The notes under the pieces were generated by a model, which saw nothing but the letters and a program-made list of their open reading frames with translations, was not told where the DNA came from and made no database searches. The translations under genes and the position numbers were made by a program. A stretch of DNA of 64,000 nt from Eledone cirrhosa (lineage: Eukaryota): contig OZ024747.1 of assembly GCA_964016885.1 (NCBI GenBank), forward strand, positions 82,212,001-82,276,000. The letters run 5' to 3'. Below are positions 29,453 to 44,712 of this stretch, piece by piece; within the stretch, counting starts at the first letter, position 1, and each line of letters begins with the position of its first letter.

Positions 29453-29823
29453 TGTATGTGTATGTATGCATATGAATGTATATATATGAATGTATGTATA
29501 TGTGTGTCCGTGTATACATATATGTGTCTGGTATATACATGTTTATATATATATGAATGTATGTATGTATATCTATGTATGTATATGAATGTATATATAT
29601 GAATGTTTGCATATGTATGTATGTACATGTGTGTTTGTATGTATATGTATGTATATGAATGTATATGAATGTATGTATATGTATGTATATGAATGTATGT
29701 ATGTATATGTATGAATGTATATGTATGTATATATATATATATGTGTGTGTGTGCGTTTGTATGTATGAGGGGATTTATATTTATATATATTTAAGATATA
29801 AGGTTATAAATTTCCTTTTTTAA

Positions 29824-30345
29824 TGTGGAGGTATGTGGAGGTATGTGGAGGTATGTGGAGGTGTGTGGACGTGTGTGGAGGTGTGTGGAGGTATGTGGAG
29901 GTATGTGGAGGTACGTGGAGGTGTGTGGACGTGTGTGGAGGTGTGTGGAGGTATGTGGAGGTGTGTGGAGGTATTGGAGGTGTGTGGAGGTGTGTGGACG
30001 TGTGTGGAGGTGTGTGGAGGTACGTGGAGGTGTGTGGACGTGTGTGGAGGTGTGTGGACGTGTGTGGAGGTGTGTGGAGGTATGTGGAGGTGTGTGGAGG
30101 TATTGGAGGTGTGTGGAGGTATGTGGAGGTGTGTGGAGGTATGTGGAGGTACGTGGATGTGTGTGGAGGTGTGTGGAGCTGTGTGGACGTGTGTGGAGGT
30201 GTGTGGAGGTATGTGGAGGTGTGTGGACGTGTGTGGAGGTGTGTGGAGGTACGTGGAGGTGTGTGGAGGTGTGTGGAGGTACGTGGAGGTGTGTGGAGGT
30301 GTGTGGAGGTATGTGGAGGTGTGTGGAGGTATGTGGAGGTGTGTG
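29824..30345. repeat. 10-bp minisatellite (GTGTGTGGAG and variants)
   Basis: Direct inspection, about 52 units. Confidence 0.95.
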
Positions 30346-32081
30346 TATGAATTCTATATTAGTTGATTAGTTTATAAAGTTCACTATAATCTCTCCTTGT
30401 GTTTATATTGGTGGAATGACCATCCCAATATATATTAATATCTATTTCACATCACATGAGAAACGAACTTAATAACCACATGGCTGAGCCGAATTTATGT
30501 AGGTTTTTATTAATTTATATTTTTTCTAAATGTGTACCTCGGGATGTGTTGAAGGGTGTTGTGAATCTCCTGTTTTGGATCGCGTCTGTGTGTCTTGTAT
30601 TATGTGTTTTTTTTTGTTTGTTTGTTTTTTATCCTTTTTACTTATATTATCTGGTGAAAGGGCTGTGTTCCTTAAATAAACAGCTTTTCTGACACTGATG
30701 AGATCAAAGTCGTCAATATTCCCCTTGAAATGTACGGAGTGGAGAGAGGATTCCAGAATAACTTTATTCGAGGAAATAAGAAAAGAAGGACGTGACGTAC
30801 GGATTAATTCAGGGATTGTCCCTGCGACTGAATGGGAATTGGCAGCACCAGATGTAGGACTAATGAGGCCCTGTGCTAGTTTAGTTATGAGTCCCCTTTG
30901 AACGTTTGACATTTGAAAAGCATGAAAAATTCACGTAAAATATATTTTTGGCAAGAAGATTGGGTCCCCCTGACCAACGGAGCCCTGTGCTTAAGCACAC
31001 CTAAACACAATGGTAAATCCGGCACTGGGAATTCGACACAATATAAGGGAGGATAGGGGAGAAAATAGGAATCACTATTGCTTGAGAAGAGTGTCACGAA
31101 GCTACCCAGACCCGAAGTACAGATACCCATACAGTACCGACAGAAAAGCTACAGAGAAGAGAAGAAATTAGAAGACGGTATGTCTGTAGGCCTGAGGTTG
31201 AAATGGGTTTCTTCAGTCGAGAGATCTTTCTTCGGTAATCTATAATGTCTGCGTGTGTAACCATACATTCCAAAATGTTGGAGCAGAACACTTTTATGGG
31301 ACTCGTCTAGGCTTTGCAGAGGGTTAACAGGTTTTTAGATATGTGTCACGAGCATTGAATGTATTTTATGTAAGTATTGCGTTGTAGCGTGTTTCTTCAT
31401 ACATTTCAGATTAGCAATAAAAAAAGTATATATGTCTGTATGCATAATGCATTAGCGATGTGTACACTTGCGTGCTTATTTGCTGTATACATACTGTTTG
31501 TAGGCATCTGTTTTATTTCGATATGTATTGTGTAGAAGTCGTTTTATATGTGACCTATGCATCTTTTTCTTCGCATTGCTTTATGCTTTTATCGTTGTGA
31601 ATAACATCGTAGTGAACAAAAGCATAAGAACTATGTCAACTGCTTCAGGCATCCATAACAGTATAATCAAGATACAAGTCCACTCAAAAACTAATGAGTG
31701 GAGCAGTTAGACGATGGTGAAATATAAAAACTATTAACATACATAAAGGCTGAAGAAGACGACTGTAGAGAACTACGTTCTGCCATCTTAAACTCCGAGA
31801 CACTTGACCCAGTAAAGGATGACCACATATCAACGAATGATTGAATACAGAAATTCGAGGAGACACGTGAATGATCATACATCAATTCTATAAAATTATA
31901 AAATTGTATTCTAATATTAGGGAATAAATGTTTATTGAAACTATTACAATATACACGCAATTACAAATGGAGGGTGTGAAACTCTACTTCAACTTTACAG
32001 TACATACTTCAGTCACCACCTTGTCCAGAGTTCAAACCTCACCTAGGTTGGCTTTGCTTCTCACCTTATTATTATTATAGT

Positions 32082-32286
32082 TTGGCAGTATCAGTAGAGC
32101 GTCAGACGCATTGCTTTGCAGCATCGGAGTTATGGCCCTTTACGTTCTGAGTTCAAATCCCGCCGAGGTTAACTTTGCCTTTCATCCTTACGGGGTCGGT
32201 AAAATAAAGTACCAGTCACGCACTGGGGTCGATTTAATCGACTTTCCCCTCCCCCAAAATTGCTGGCCTTGTGCCTATAGTAGAAA
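32082..32286 (+). mobile_element. SINE family A
   Basis: Family body and tail present. Confidence 0.85.
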
Positions 32287-33179
32287 ACTATAGCCTGAGT
32301 ATCAATGTTTTCAGGCAAAAGGAAAGTAGACTTGGAACAGTTGGTTTGATCCGAAAGTGTAGAAACAGCAATCATCTAACAATGGACATGTCTTAAAGTG
32401 GAATGATTGGTGCTGGTGCTGGTCATTTTGGGGCAAATTCGAAACCTTAAGTAAGGTGATTAGAATAGTTAAACCCTATTTTTGAAAGCGTTCCACCCAT
32501 GACCATAACGTCCTGTTCTAGGTACATTCTATATTTAGGTCTATAATATGCCACCGCCTTTTTAAGTCAGTAGAGAGTAATTAGAGGAATATTTGTCTGT
32601 TATTTCATGCAGGACGACCAACCATATATAACCACCTTTGTTGTCTCGGTGTTATTGCTGCTTAGCCCCAAGTACACAGTATCTAGGACTACATTAGCTA
32701 ATGTGTTCCCACTTTTTATACAGTAAGGTGTGATTTGAGGGTGATTTATCTCCCCTGATAGCTCGTTGTTAGTGGTGTTGCTGTTGTCGATTTCAGCTAT
32801 GTTAGTTGTAATTAAATAAAAAAAGAAATATTTTCTATAAAGGAATTGTATAATTCAAACAGTCTCACCAAAACGCTTTCCCCCTCCATTTACCAGTTAA
32901 AACGTCTAAGAGATACATTATTGAGGAAATATTCAAATAGTTTCGCAACTCTCTATTCCGGTACATTTAATGGTAAATGTTTCACAGTATAATTGTGAGT
33001 GTATATATGTGTATAATCCTCTGTGCGTGTGTGTGTGTGTCTGTTTGCATAAACTGATGGATACAGGAACATTGGCGTACATATATACAAAAATGTATCT
33101 ATACACGACACATATATAACTATATACACATCTACATAATTATACGTGAATGTATGTATGTGCATATGTATGTGTGTGT

Positions 33180-33256
<77 letters not shown>

Positions 33257-33727
33257 GGTACATATATTATGGTGGATGTATACTTGTGTAAACAATAAAT
33301 GAAGGATAATTAAAGTGTTAGCGAAAAAAGGTAAAAAATAAGAAACAAAATGCATCAGGGAGAAAATAAATATTTAACAAGATTAAACACAACACATAAA
33401 TACTGATATATGACTATTATATAAATATTTTATATAAACATTAAGGTCTACTAGAAATCAACATCTTGATCTTTAAATATTGTGATAAGTTATTCTTATC
33501 AGGCAAACAGCTTGTCAGATAGGACCAAAGGAATTATATTTCCATTGGCCTGGAATTATATTTCCATTGCTGATATTATCTGCTGGTCCTAAATCCAGAC
33601 AGAAAGAGGCATTTATCGACCCTGGAAGGACTAAGAGCGCAGAGAGCCGGAACAAATGCCGACTTATTTAATCCAAGGTTGTCAATCAACGTTGTCAATT
33701 TGCCGTCAGTATTACAAGAATTCCTGA

Positions 33728-33935
33728 GGGCGGTGGATTTGGCAGTATCAGTAGAGGGTCGGGGACCATGCTTTGCAGCATAGAGTCACGGACCTTTAGA
33801 GTTACGGTCCATAGAGTTACCGTCTGAGTTCAAATCCCGCCGTGGTTAACTTTGCCTTTTATCCTTACGGGTCAATAAAATAAAGTACCAGTAATGTAGT
33901 GGGTAATTGGTGACCTTGTGCCAAAAGTAGAAACA
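33728..33935 (+). mobile_element. SINE family A with small internal duplications
   Basis: Family body present; TAGAGTTAC repeated; ATTACAAGAATTCCT on both flanks looks like a target-site duplication. Confidence 0.85.
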
Positions 33936-34788
33936 AATATTACAAGAATTCCTTCGCAGATCTATTCACATTATACGGACGCGGTTGAAATAAAGATCAA
34001 ATCTTTTTCACTAATACATACAGATCAACCCTCTTCACTTTGAGTGGTATATAAGTTTCTAGGGGCTACACGCATTGTCAAATGGTTATGATGTCGGGTT
34101 AGCAATCATGAGTTTCAGTTTCTAATCCTATTGTGGGGAACAAACGTCTTATTTCAATAGTTTCAGGGAGCTGAGCCTTTTGAGTAAAATTAAGTAGACA
34201 GAAATTGCTTAAAGCCTGTCGGATCGACTCTACCTATGATTCAATTGACAAGCTTTATAACATACAACGCTTCGTTGGCTCTGTCTAACGATTATGTCAA
34301 TAATATGTGTGCGTGTAAACGAGACAACCATCCATTTACAATTTATTTCAATGAATATTTCAATTTATTTCAATGAGTAGTTCCGTTAATCGAAAATCTG
34401 GAATACTCATTACCGAAGCTAACGCGAGTTCCATTTACTTTTTAGTCGCCAGTAACACTCTAACATGATCGAATACAAATAATAAAACAACCTTTGTTCA
34501 AACAGTATGCGACTGAGAATAATATATCATTAAGAACATGAAAATAAATGAGGTTTGAAAGTAGTTTTTGTGTTAGAGAATGCAACATTTAGACCCTTAT
34601 AAAGTAAGGAGTCTTGCTATAAGCACATTACCATATTGTTCGCGCTATTTGAGAATCCAGCAGAAACCCTTCTCGCAATCATGATTCTAGTGAGAAAGAG
34701 TGATGATGAAAATGAATCATAACTAATTATGAATGGTTTCGAATGAAGAGAGATATTATCTATCATTATTATTTCTTAATCTGTCTTA

Positions 34789-34980
34789 GGGCGGTGGGAT
34801 AGACAGTATCGGTAGAGAGTCGGATACCATGCTTTGACGCATAGAGTTACGGCTCTTTCCATTCTGAGTTCAAACCCCGCCGAGGTCAACTTTGCCTTTC
34901 ATCCTTACGGGGTCGATAAAATAAAGTACCAGTAATGCACTGGGATAATTGCTGGCCTTGTGCCAAAAGTAGAAACAATT
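34789..34980 (+). mobile_element. SINE family A
   Basis: Family body present; ATTATTATTTCTTAATCTG on both sides resembles a target-site duplication. Confidence 0.85.
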
Positions 34981-35439
34981 ATTATTTCTTAATCTGGATT
35001 TTGACACAATATCAATTAACTCTGGTTTGCCAAGTGTAAAAATACTCGAAACGAGGTTTCACTTACCAGCAACTTAATGTATATCCTAAACATAACATAT
35101 ATCAATTGAATTATAGTATCATGTGCACTATAAGAAGAGATAAACAAAATTATCAGAAAGATGTGTTTTATAAAGAATATAATTGTTTATAATTCCTTGA
35201 TAAACGAAAGAAAAATGTTTTCCACTTTCCCTTACAAACGATTAATTGAATTTTATAAGACTGATTCCAGGCCAACTTAAAATTCATTTACACAACTCAA
35301 ATATAGATTTGGGTTAAACAGTGTACAATGTTGTTGCCACACTCAATCTAAAGTTTCTTGCTGAAACATTACAAGCTACCAACAATCATAGTTTGCATTG
35401 TTTAACCTACGCCAGCTATGATCATGCAAACCTATAATG

Positions 35440-35868
35440 ATTTCTAGTATAGGCACAAGGCCAGTAATTTTGGGGAGGGGAAAGTCGATTAAATCGACTC
35501 CACTACGTTACTGGTACTTTATTTTATCGACCCCGTAAGGACGAAACTTATGTTGCAAAACATGGTGTCTGACGCTCTACCAATACTGCCAAGCCACCGC
35601 CTTACTACTAATAGTAATAATTGTTTCTACTTTTGGCACAAGGCCAGCAATGATTTCTACTATAGGCACAAGCCAGGAATTTAGGAGGAGGCGAAAGTCG
35701 ATTAAATCGACCCCAGTACGTTACTGGTGCTTTATTTTATCGACCCCGTAAGGATGAAAGGCAAAGTTAACCTCGGTAGGATTTGAAGTCAGACCGTAAA
35801 GGACCGTAACTCTATGCTGCAAAGCATGGTGTCCGACTCTCTACCGATACTACCAATCAATCGCCCTT
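35440..35868 (-). mobile_element. Two adjacent SINE family A copies
   Basis: 35440-35602 (internally deleted) and 35621-35868. Confidence 0.8.
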
Positions 35869-37522
35869 ACGCAAACCTATAATCAAATACGTTTCAGTCA
35901 TGATTATCCTATCTTCTTTTCTTTCAGACATAGTTTCAACTAGAAGCACATTACCCAATGTGTCATTTCTATTATTTTTAATACGGTAGAGTGAGATTTG
36001 AGAATTATTTGGCTGTTTCTGTTTCTAGCAGGTCTAGTGATTTTACGACAATTCTACTTTTATGTTTTGACACATGGTGCAGTGACTTACTGCTGTTGGA
36101 TGAGTGAACATTTAAGAATCATCAAAATAACTATGTTTAAGTAGCGCTTAAAACAACATCGTTTTAGAGATGAAAGGAAAATAAAACTCTATGCACTTGC
36201 TATAGTTTTCTGCAAGCATCATGTACAATATTGGCTAAACTGTGTTACAAATACTGACATTAACTCAACTGATCTCTATACAAGTATCGGCGACTATTCG
36301 CTAGATCAGGAGTCGGGAATTGTATAAATTCAAAATCGTCAGAACCAGCAACAATGGCCGGCATAGCTTACTGTATGATTTGGAGGAGAAAACCCCATTC
36401 AGTTATAAATGGACTGGGAAATTAGGGATATTTACTGAGATCACTTAGAAGATGGTCTTCTACTTTTAACAAAGATTACTTTTTAATAAAGTAATTTTGT
36501 TAAGAAAATGTAGATCTTTTATCGATGAACCTACCGACAAAATATAGGTGATTTAGGTGATCTACAGAAAGTATATATTGTTGAAGAACGAACAGAAATA
36601 CGGACAGCCCTGACTCGACCTGATGAGGTTTCTCCCGTAGGTTTGAGGAAGGGTAACTCTTAATTTTAAATTAAGTAATTAGTTATTCTATGTAATTTAT
36701 AGTAATGTTATGCTTATATCATGTTATATATAATTTCAAACCGTCTGTTGTATAAATGTGCTTGTCTGTATTCTTTTATATAATTTTGTTCGCATTATTA
36801 CTAACTCGTCATTTAAAAACTATATTGTACTAGATGTCCGAGTCCTTCTGGCTAATAATGTATCATCATCATCATTATCACCATCATCAACACCATCGTA
36901 ACAGCTATCTTGGTTTTCGTCACTCGCGTCATCATTATCGTCGACGACATCGTCATAGACATCGTCTGCTTTTTTACATTACAAAATCAAATGTTTTGAT
37001 CAAACTTGAATATAAAATATTAAAAGGCATTCTTAGTGAACATGAGCTTAGAGTGACGAAGAAAGATTTCTTCCTTAAAAATGAACATTTTCTACATAGA
37101 AAATTGAAAAAAATAAGGAGAAGGTAATAAAAATATGAATAAAATGCGGAGAGGAATGAAGTCTGGAAGGAAAAATAAATGAAAGACAAATATGCGAAAT
37201 AGTATATGATTTAATAATGAAAAGAATGAACAAATATAAAGAAAGAAGGTTAAGGACACAATATTGATATAAACTACGAAGAATAAATCCGATAACTAAA
37301 AATAGAAACCAAGACAGATTATGAAAAAAAGGAGATGGATAGAGAGAGGGAGAGATGAAGAGAGAAACGAGAGGTATATATATATATATATATATGTATA
37401 TACCTCTCGTTTCTCTCCTCATCTCTCCCTCTCTCTCGTATGTATATATATATATATATATACCTCGCTTTTCTCTCCCCATCTCTCTCTCTCACTCTTA
37501 TATTTATATATATACATATATA

Positions 37523-37622
<100 letters not shown>

Positions 37623-37687
37623 TATATATGTATATATATATATAAATATAAGGGTGAGAGAGAGAGAGAGATGGGGAGAGAAAAGCG

Positions 37688-37742
<55 letters not shown>

Positions 37743-37785
37743 CGTACATGAGAGAGAGGGAGAGAGATGGAGGAGAGGAAAGCGA

Positions 37786-37927
<142 letters not shown>

Positions 37928-38209
37928 AGAAGAAGAAGAAGAAGAAGAAGAAGAAGAAGAAGAAGAAGAAGAAGAAGAAGAAGAAGAAGAAGAAGAAGAG
38001 AGATAGAGATTGAATGAGAGAAAATGATAATAGTAAAAGAAATATGAACTGAAGAAATGTTAGTTTGAAATGAAGGAGAAAAATAAAAATTGAGAAATAA
38101 AAGAAAAACGACGTCCAACTAACAATAAGAGCAACACCAACAAACGAACGAGAGAACAAGAGAAGACATAAAGTAGGACATGAGAATATGTGGAAAATAT
38201 GGCGGAATG

Positions 38210-41118
38210 AATGGGAGAGAGAAATGGAAGGAAGAGAGAAATGGAAGAGAAAGAGAAATGGAAGGGAGAGAAATGGAAGGGAAAGAGAAATGGAAGGGAA
38301 AAAGAATGGAATGGAAAGAGAATGGAAGGGAAAGAGAATGGAAGGGAGAGAAATGGAAGGGAAAGAGAATGGAAGGGAAAGAGAAATGGAAGGGAAAGAG
38401 AATGGAAGGGAAAGAGAATGGAAGGGAGAGAAATGGAAGGGAAAGAGAAATGGAAGGGAAAGAGAATGGAATGGAAAGAGAATGGAAGGGAAAGAGAATG
38501 GAAGGGTAAGAGAATGGAAGGGAAAGAGAAATGGAAGGGAAAGAGAAATGGAAGGGAAAGAGAATGGAAGGGAAAGAGAAATGGAAGGGAAAGAGAAATG
38601 AAAGGGAAAGAGAATGGAAGGGAAAGAGAATGGAAGGGAAAGAGAATGGAAGGGAAAGAGAATGGAAGGGAAAGAGAAATGGAAGGGAAAGAGAATGGAA
38701 GGGAAAGAGAATGGAAGGGAAAGAGAAATGGAAGGGAAAGAGAATGGAAGGGAAAGAGAATGGAAGGGAAAGAGAATGGAAGGGAAAGAGAAATGGAAGG
38801 GAAAGAGAATGGAAGGGAAAGAGAAATAGAAGGGAAAGAGAAATGAAAGGAAAGAGAATGGAAGGGAAAGAGAAATGAAAGGGAAAGAGAATGGAAGGGA
38901 AAGAGAATGGAAGGGAAAGAGAAATGGAAGGGAAAGAGAAATGAAAGGCAGAGAATGGAAGGGAAAGAGAAATGAAAGGAAAGAGAATGGAAGGGAAAGA
39001 GAATGGAAGGGAAAGAGAAATGGAAGGGAAAGAGAAATGAAAGGCAGAGAATGGAAGGGAAAGAGAAATGAAAGGGAAAGAGAAATGGAAGGGAAAGAGA
39101 ATGAAAGGGAAAGAGAAATGGAAGGGAAAGAGAATGGAAGGGAAAGAGAAATGAAAGGAAAGAGAATGGAAGGGAAAGAGAAATGAAAGGAAAGAGAATG
39201 GAAGGGAAAGAGAATGGAAGGGAAAGAGAAATGGAAGGGAAAGAGAAATGAAAGGAAAGAGAATGGAAGGGAAAGAGAAATGAAAGGAAAGAGAATAGAA
39301 GGGAAAGAGAATGGAAGGGAAAGAGAAATGGAAGGGAAAGAGAAATGAAAGGCAGAGAATGGAAGGGAAAGAGAAATGAAAGGGAAAGAGAAATGGAAGG
39401 GAAAGAGAATGGAAGGGAAAGAGAAATGAAAGGGAAAGAGAAATGGAAGGGAAAGAGAATGGAAGGGAAAGAGAAATGGAAGGGAAAGAGAAATGGAAAG
39501 GAAAGAGAATGGAAGGGAAAGAGAAATGAAAGGGAAAGAGAAATGGAAGGGAAAGAGAAATGGAAAGGAAAGAGAATGGAAGGGAAAGAGAAATGGAAAG
39601 GAAAGAGAATGGAAGGGAAAGAGAAATGAAAGGGAAAGAGAAATGGAAAGGAAAGAGAATGGAAGGGAAAGAGAAATGAAAGGGAAAGAGAAATGGAAGG
39701 GAAAGAGAATGGAAGGGAAAGAGAAATGGAAGGGAAAGAGAATGGAAGGGAAAGTAAATGGAAGGGAAAGAGAAATGGAAAGGAAAGAGAATGGAAGGGA
39801 AAGAGAAATGAAAGGGAAAGAGAAATGGAAGGGAAAGAGAAATGGAAAGGAAAGAGAATGGAAGGGAAAGAGAAATGGAAAGGAAAGAGAATGGAAGGGA
39901 AAGAGAAATGAAAGGGAAAGAGAAATGGAAAGGAAAGAGAATGGAAGGGAAAGAGAAATGAAAGGGAAAGAGAAATGGAAGGGAAAGAGAATGGAAGGGA
40001 AAGAGAAATGGAAGGGAAAGAGAATGGAAGGGAAAGTAAATGGAAGGGAAAGAGAAATAGAAGGGAAAGAGAAATGGAAGGGAAAGTAAATGGAAGGGAA
40101 AGAGAAATAGAAGGGAAAGAGAAATGGAAAGGAAAGTAAATGGAAGGGAAAGAGAAATAGAAGGGAAAGAGAAATGGAAGGGAAAGTAAATGGAAGGGAA
40201 GGAGAAATAGAAGGGAAAGAGAAATGGAAGGGAAAGTAAATGGAAGGGAAAGAGAAATAGAAGGGAAAGAGAAATGAAAGGAAAGAGAATGGAAGGGAAA
40301 GAGAAATGAAAGGGAAAGAGAAATGGAAGGGAAAGAGAAATGGAAGGGAAAGTAAATGGAAGGGAAAGAGAAATAGAAGGGAAAGAGAAATGGAAGGGAA
40401 AGTAAATGGAAGGGAAAGAGAAATAGAAGGGAAAGAGAAATGAAAGGAAAGAGAATGGAAGGGAAAGAGAAATGAAAGGGAAAGAGAAATGGAAGGGAAA
40501 GAGAAATGGAAGGGAAAGTAAATGGAAGGGAAAGAGAAATAGAAGGGAAAGAGAAATGGAAGGGAAAGTAAATGGAAGGGAAAGAGAAATAGAAGGGAAA
40601 GAGAAATGAAAGGAAAGAGAATGGAAGGGAAAGAGAAATGAAAGGGAAAGAGAAATAGAAGGGAAAGAGAAATGAAAGGAAAGAGAATGGAAGGGAAAGA
40701 GAATGAAAGGGAAAGAGAAATGGAAGGGAAAGAGAATGGAAGGGAAAGAGAAATGAAAGGAAAGAGAATGGAAGGGAAAGAGAAATGAAAGGGAAAGAGA
40801 AATAGAAGGGAAAGAGAATGAAAGGGAAAGAGAATGGAAGGGAAAGTAAATGGAAGGGAAAGAGAAATAGAAGGGAAAGAGAAATGAAAGGAAAGAGAAT
40901 GGAAGGGAAAGAGAAATGAAAGGGAAAGAGAAATGGAAGGGAAAGAGAATGGAAGGGAAAGAGAATGGAAGGGAAAGAGAAATGAAAGGGAAAGAGAATG
41001 GAAGGGAAAGAGAATGGAAGGGAAGGAGAAATGAAAGGGAAAGAGAAATGGAAGGGAAAGAGAATGGAAGGGAAAGAGAATGGAAGGGAAAGAGAATGGA
41101 AGGGAAAGAGAAATGAAA
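38210..41118. repeat. ~2.9-kb purine-rich satellite, 17/18-bp GAGAA(A)TGGAAGGGAAA units
   Basis: Direct inspection; it generates the spurious 1234-aa and 1100-aa ORFs. Confidence 0.97.
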
Positions 41119-41328
41119 GACAAGATAATGGTAAAAAAACATGAGGCTAGGAACGGTAGTTAGGCATGAGAAATAAAAAGAGGAAAACAGACATAAAAAA
41201 CATAAAAGATAATGAAAATAATAAGAAATACGAGAGAAGAAGTTAAAGAACGGGAGAGAAAGTAGTCTGGAATGAAGACTTTGTATCACCATTACCTTTC
41301 CTACTACTATATATATATATATATATAC

Positions 41329-41391
<63 letters not shown>

Positions 41392-41453
41392 GTACACACA
41401 CACACACACACTCACACACACACAGAGATATATATATATATATATATATAAAC

Positions 41454-41515
<62 letters not shown>

Positions 41516-41516
41516 G

Positions 41517-41548
<32 letters not shown>

Positions 41549-41608
41549 TATACATATGTATGTATATATATATATATATGTGTATATATATATGTATATA
41601 TATATGTA

Positions 41609-41680
<72 letters not shown>

Positions 41681-41995
41681 TATACATTTACACATATATA
41701 CATATATATACATATATACATATATATATATACATATATATATACATATATATATAAACACACACATATATACACACACATACATACACAAACAGATACA
41801 TACACACGGACATACATATATACACGCACGTACGTACACACACCTATATGTGAAGAGTTCCCTTGCGTACGTTTAATATACATTCGGCCTCAGCATGAGT
41901 TTGTTTATTAAAAGCATGCATATAAACTTATTCACAATTTATCCACATACACGCCGCCATACTACATTAGTTTATATATATATATATATGCACGC

Positions 41996-42060
<65 letters not shown>

Positions 42061-42445
42061 AATAATACATACACATACATATAAGGAGAGTGAGGTCGAT
42101 ATCTCTAGATACTTATACATATACACGTATATACACACACGTGTGTGTGTATGTGGTGGGTGGGTAAACAAGTATGTTATTAAAATGCCAAAGACAGAGA
42201 AATAATATGATTTGAAAAACCTTCAGAGAAAAATAATAGCCATTTGAAAATAGGGGAAAAACATATTAAATTTAACCTCTTCCTTAGAGGCAACGTTTGC
42301 CAACTCTGTTCAGTTCAGAACACTGGAATATGTCGATATTATTTCTAAGACTATCAGATCTTTGCAAAAGTTTTTTAAGTTTGGTCGATACTTATAATAT
42401 ACTGTTTGAAGTTGTATGTCTCTATGTTGTTTGTTTCTCTGTATA

Positions 42446-42537
<92 letters not shown>

Positions 42538-42546
42538 CACACACAC

Positions 42547-42633
<87 letters not shown>

Positions 42634-42838
42634 CATACACATTATATATATATATATATAAAATGTCAAGAGCTTCCGTAGAAGGAAGAAAGTTAAAACA
42701 ACACTACTTTAAGTACAGAGCCAAAATATATTATTATATATAATTTCACAGTTGTCGGCTACCTAAGGTTTCAAAACCTACTCTAGTATAGATCATTGAC
42801 ACACTATATATGGTAGTCATGCTAATCTTTCAAACAAG

Positions 42839-42887
<49 letters not shown>

Positions 42888-42954
42888 GGAATACTCTTGG
42901 CTTCTTGCTACAATAATTACTATACTTTTCATTTATATATATATATATATATAC

Positions 42955-43042
<88 letters not shown>

Positions 43043-43199
43043 GCATACGCACAAATACATAACGCATGAAACTTCTGGCCATCAAGTCTAATTTTGCATT
43101 TACAATAGAATTATATATATAATTATTTGCGTAGGCTAAATAGCTATCCAAACTTTTAAACCTGTGCTGCCTTGTGAAAACAATAGACATTTGACCAAC

Positions 43200-43930
43200 C
43201 ATCGGCTGAATTCCTTGACATCACCACAAACCAATTTACCATGAAAGAGCTGAACAATGCTCTTTTCGTTCTCAAACTTAGAAAAACAGGTGGGATTGAT
43301 ACATCTGTTAGACCAGGTGTTCTGCAGTCTGATGGTCAAATCATTCATCAGACTCTCCTGGACGCCACATTCAACAACGTCTACAATAACCATTACTACA
43401 ATGGAAACAGAATATCAACATTCCCATACCTTCAAAGTCATTCAAAAGAATGTCTGACCTCTAGAGTGACTATGATGTCTATTTTATCAAAAATATTCAA
43501 TATAATTCTGTTAAACCGCCCGCATCTGACTGTGAGCAATATGACCATTTCAATGTTGATTGAAAGGCCTTAGCTGTGCAGAAAAAATCCACATCTTAAG
43601 AAGATTATTAGAAAGTTTCTACCAGAAAAAAACTGCCAATTGTCATCACGGTCATAGACTTCAAAGCATTTCACTCGATTCAAAACCCATGGAAGTCACT
43701 CAGCATTTCACTAAATCTAACCCCACCACTGTTTAACTTCCTATATTGTATTATAGAGTCGAGTCATGCACAGTCACTAAACGTATGGCAAATATTCTGA
43801 ACACTTTTGGTGCAAAACGATACCGGCAGATTCTCGGTGTGAAACGAACAAACCACAGCGAAAATGAAGATATTTTACACATAGTCAACAGACAGCCACT
43901 GATCAATAATCATTACTCACGACAGCTACA
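43200..43930 (+). pseudogene. Decayed RTE-type LINE reverse transcriptase fragment
   Basis: Frameshifted segments ELNNALFVLKLRKTGGID, SILSKIFNIILLNR, SCAEKIHILRRLLE, IVITVIDFK-AFHSI and YRVESCTVT...RQILGV follow non-LTR RT motif order. Confidence 0.8.
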
Positions 43931-43940
43931 TAATACATAC

Positions 43941-44062
<122 letters not shown>

Positions 44063-44063
44063 A

Positions 44064-44248
44064 TGAAATCGAAAATGCAACAGGAGTCTTATTTTTTTAA
44101 AAATATATATATTTATTTGGTTCCTTTACCGGTTTCGCAGTTCTTCTGCTTTTCAAAAGTAGAGTTGAGATGGAGGGTCTGTGGTTTTTCTCACCAAATA
44201 AATATATATATATTTTTAAATAAGACTCCAGTTGCATTTTCGATTTCA
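44064..44248. repeat. Fold-back with ~58-bp arms enclosing an HHR 3' half on the minus strand
   Basis: Complementary arms; 44127-44136 reverse complement is GAAA-CCGG-TA, followed by AATAAA. Confidence 0.7.
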
Positions 44249-44593
44249 GCTTTTTTTCTTTATACTTTCACTCGTGTAGGACAGCTCGGTTATTTTTTAT
44301 TTTGTAAAAAAAAAAAAAAAAAAAAAAAACCTCATAAGAGAGAGAGAAATTGTTATACTTTAAGAGGGTCATACCGCGCAACCAGGTCAAATTTATTTCC
44401 ATTACGCAATTATTTCAGCAAGTAATCCAATCATTCGTTAGTTTAGTAAACGGGTGATTGATTAATTGTTAATTGTCACAGCTCATTTGTTACACATCCT
44501 GTGACTTTCTCAACGGATGTTCTTGCACCTCTTCCTCTCATCCTTCTTCTCATCTTGTCCTATGTACTCCTTCATGTCTTTTGATATATAGTA

Positions 44594-44712
44594 GATTTGC
44601 AGTATCAGTAGAAGGTCTGACGCCATGCTTTGCAGCAAAGAGTTGCGGCCCTTTATGGTCTGAGTTCAAATCCCGCCGAGGTTAACTTTGCCTTTCATCC
44701 TTACGGGGTCGA
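44594..44712 (+). mobile_element. SINE family A, 3'-truncated
   Basis: Family body ends at GGGGTCGA. Confidence 0.8.

Noticed and set aside
30400-31300. Minus-strand PLE ORF remnant (IYIGM resembles GIY-YIG)
   Set aside because: A single short motif amid stops; insufficient evidence.
36100-36460. Host gene exon (also 18630-19080, 23400-23800)
   Set aside because: No sustained ORF, splice-consistent structure or recognisable domain.
36620-36660. CTGATGAG as a hammerhead core (likewise ~179, ~8048, ~18123, ~31750)
   Set aside because: No properly placed GAAA-stem III-UH or stem I partner found.
42755-42838. Minus-strand GAAA-CCTTAGG-TA HHR half (similarly GAAA-ACGT-TT near 13272-13283)
   Set aside because: No intact 5' core or second copy in the window; could be chance.
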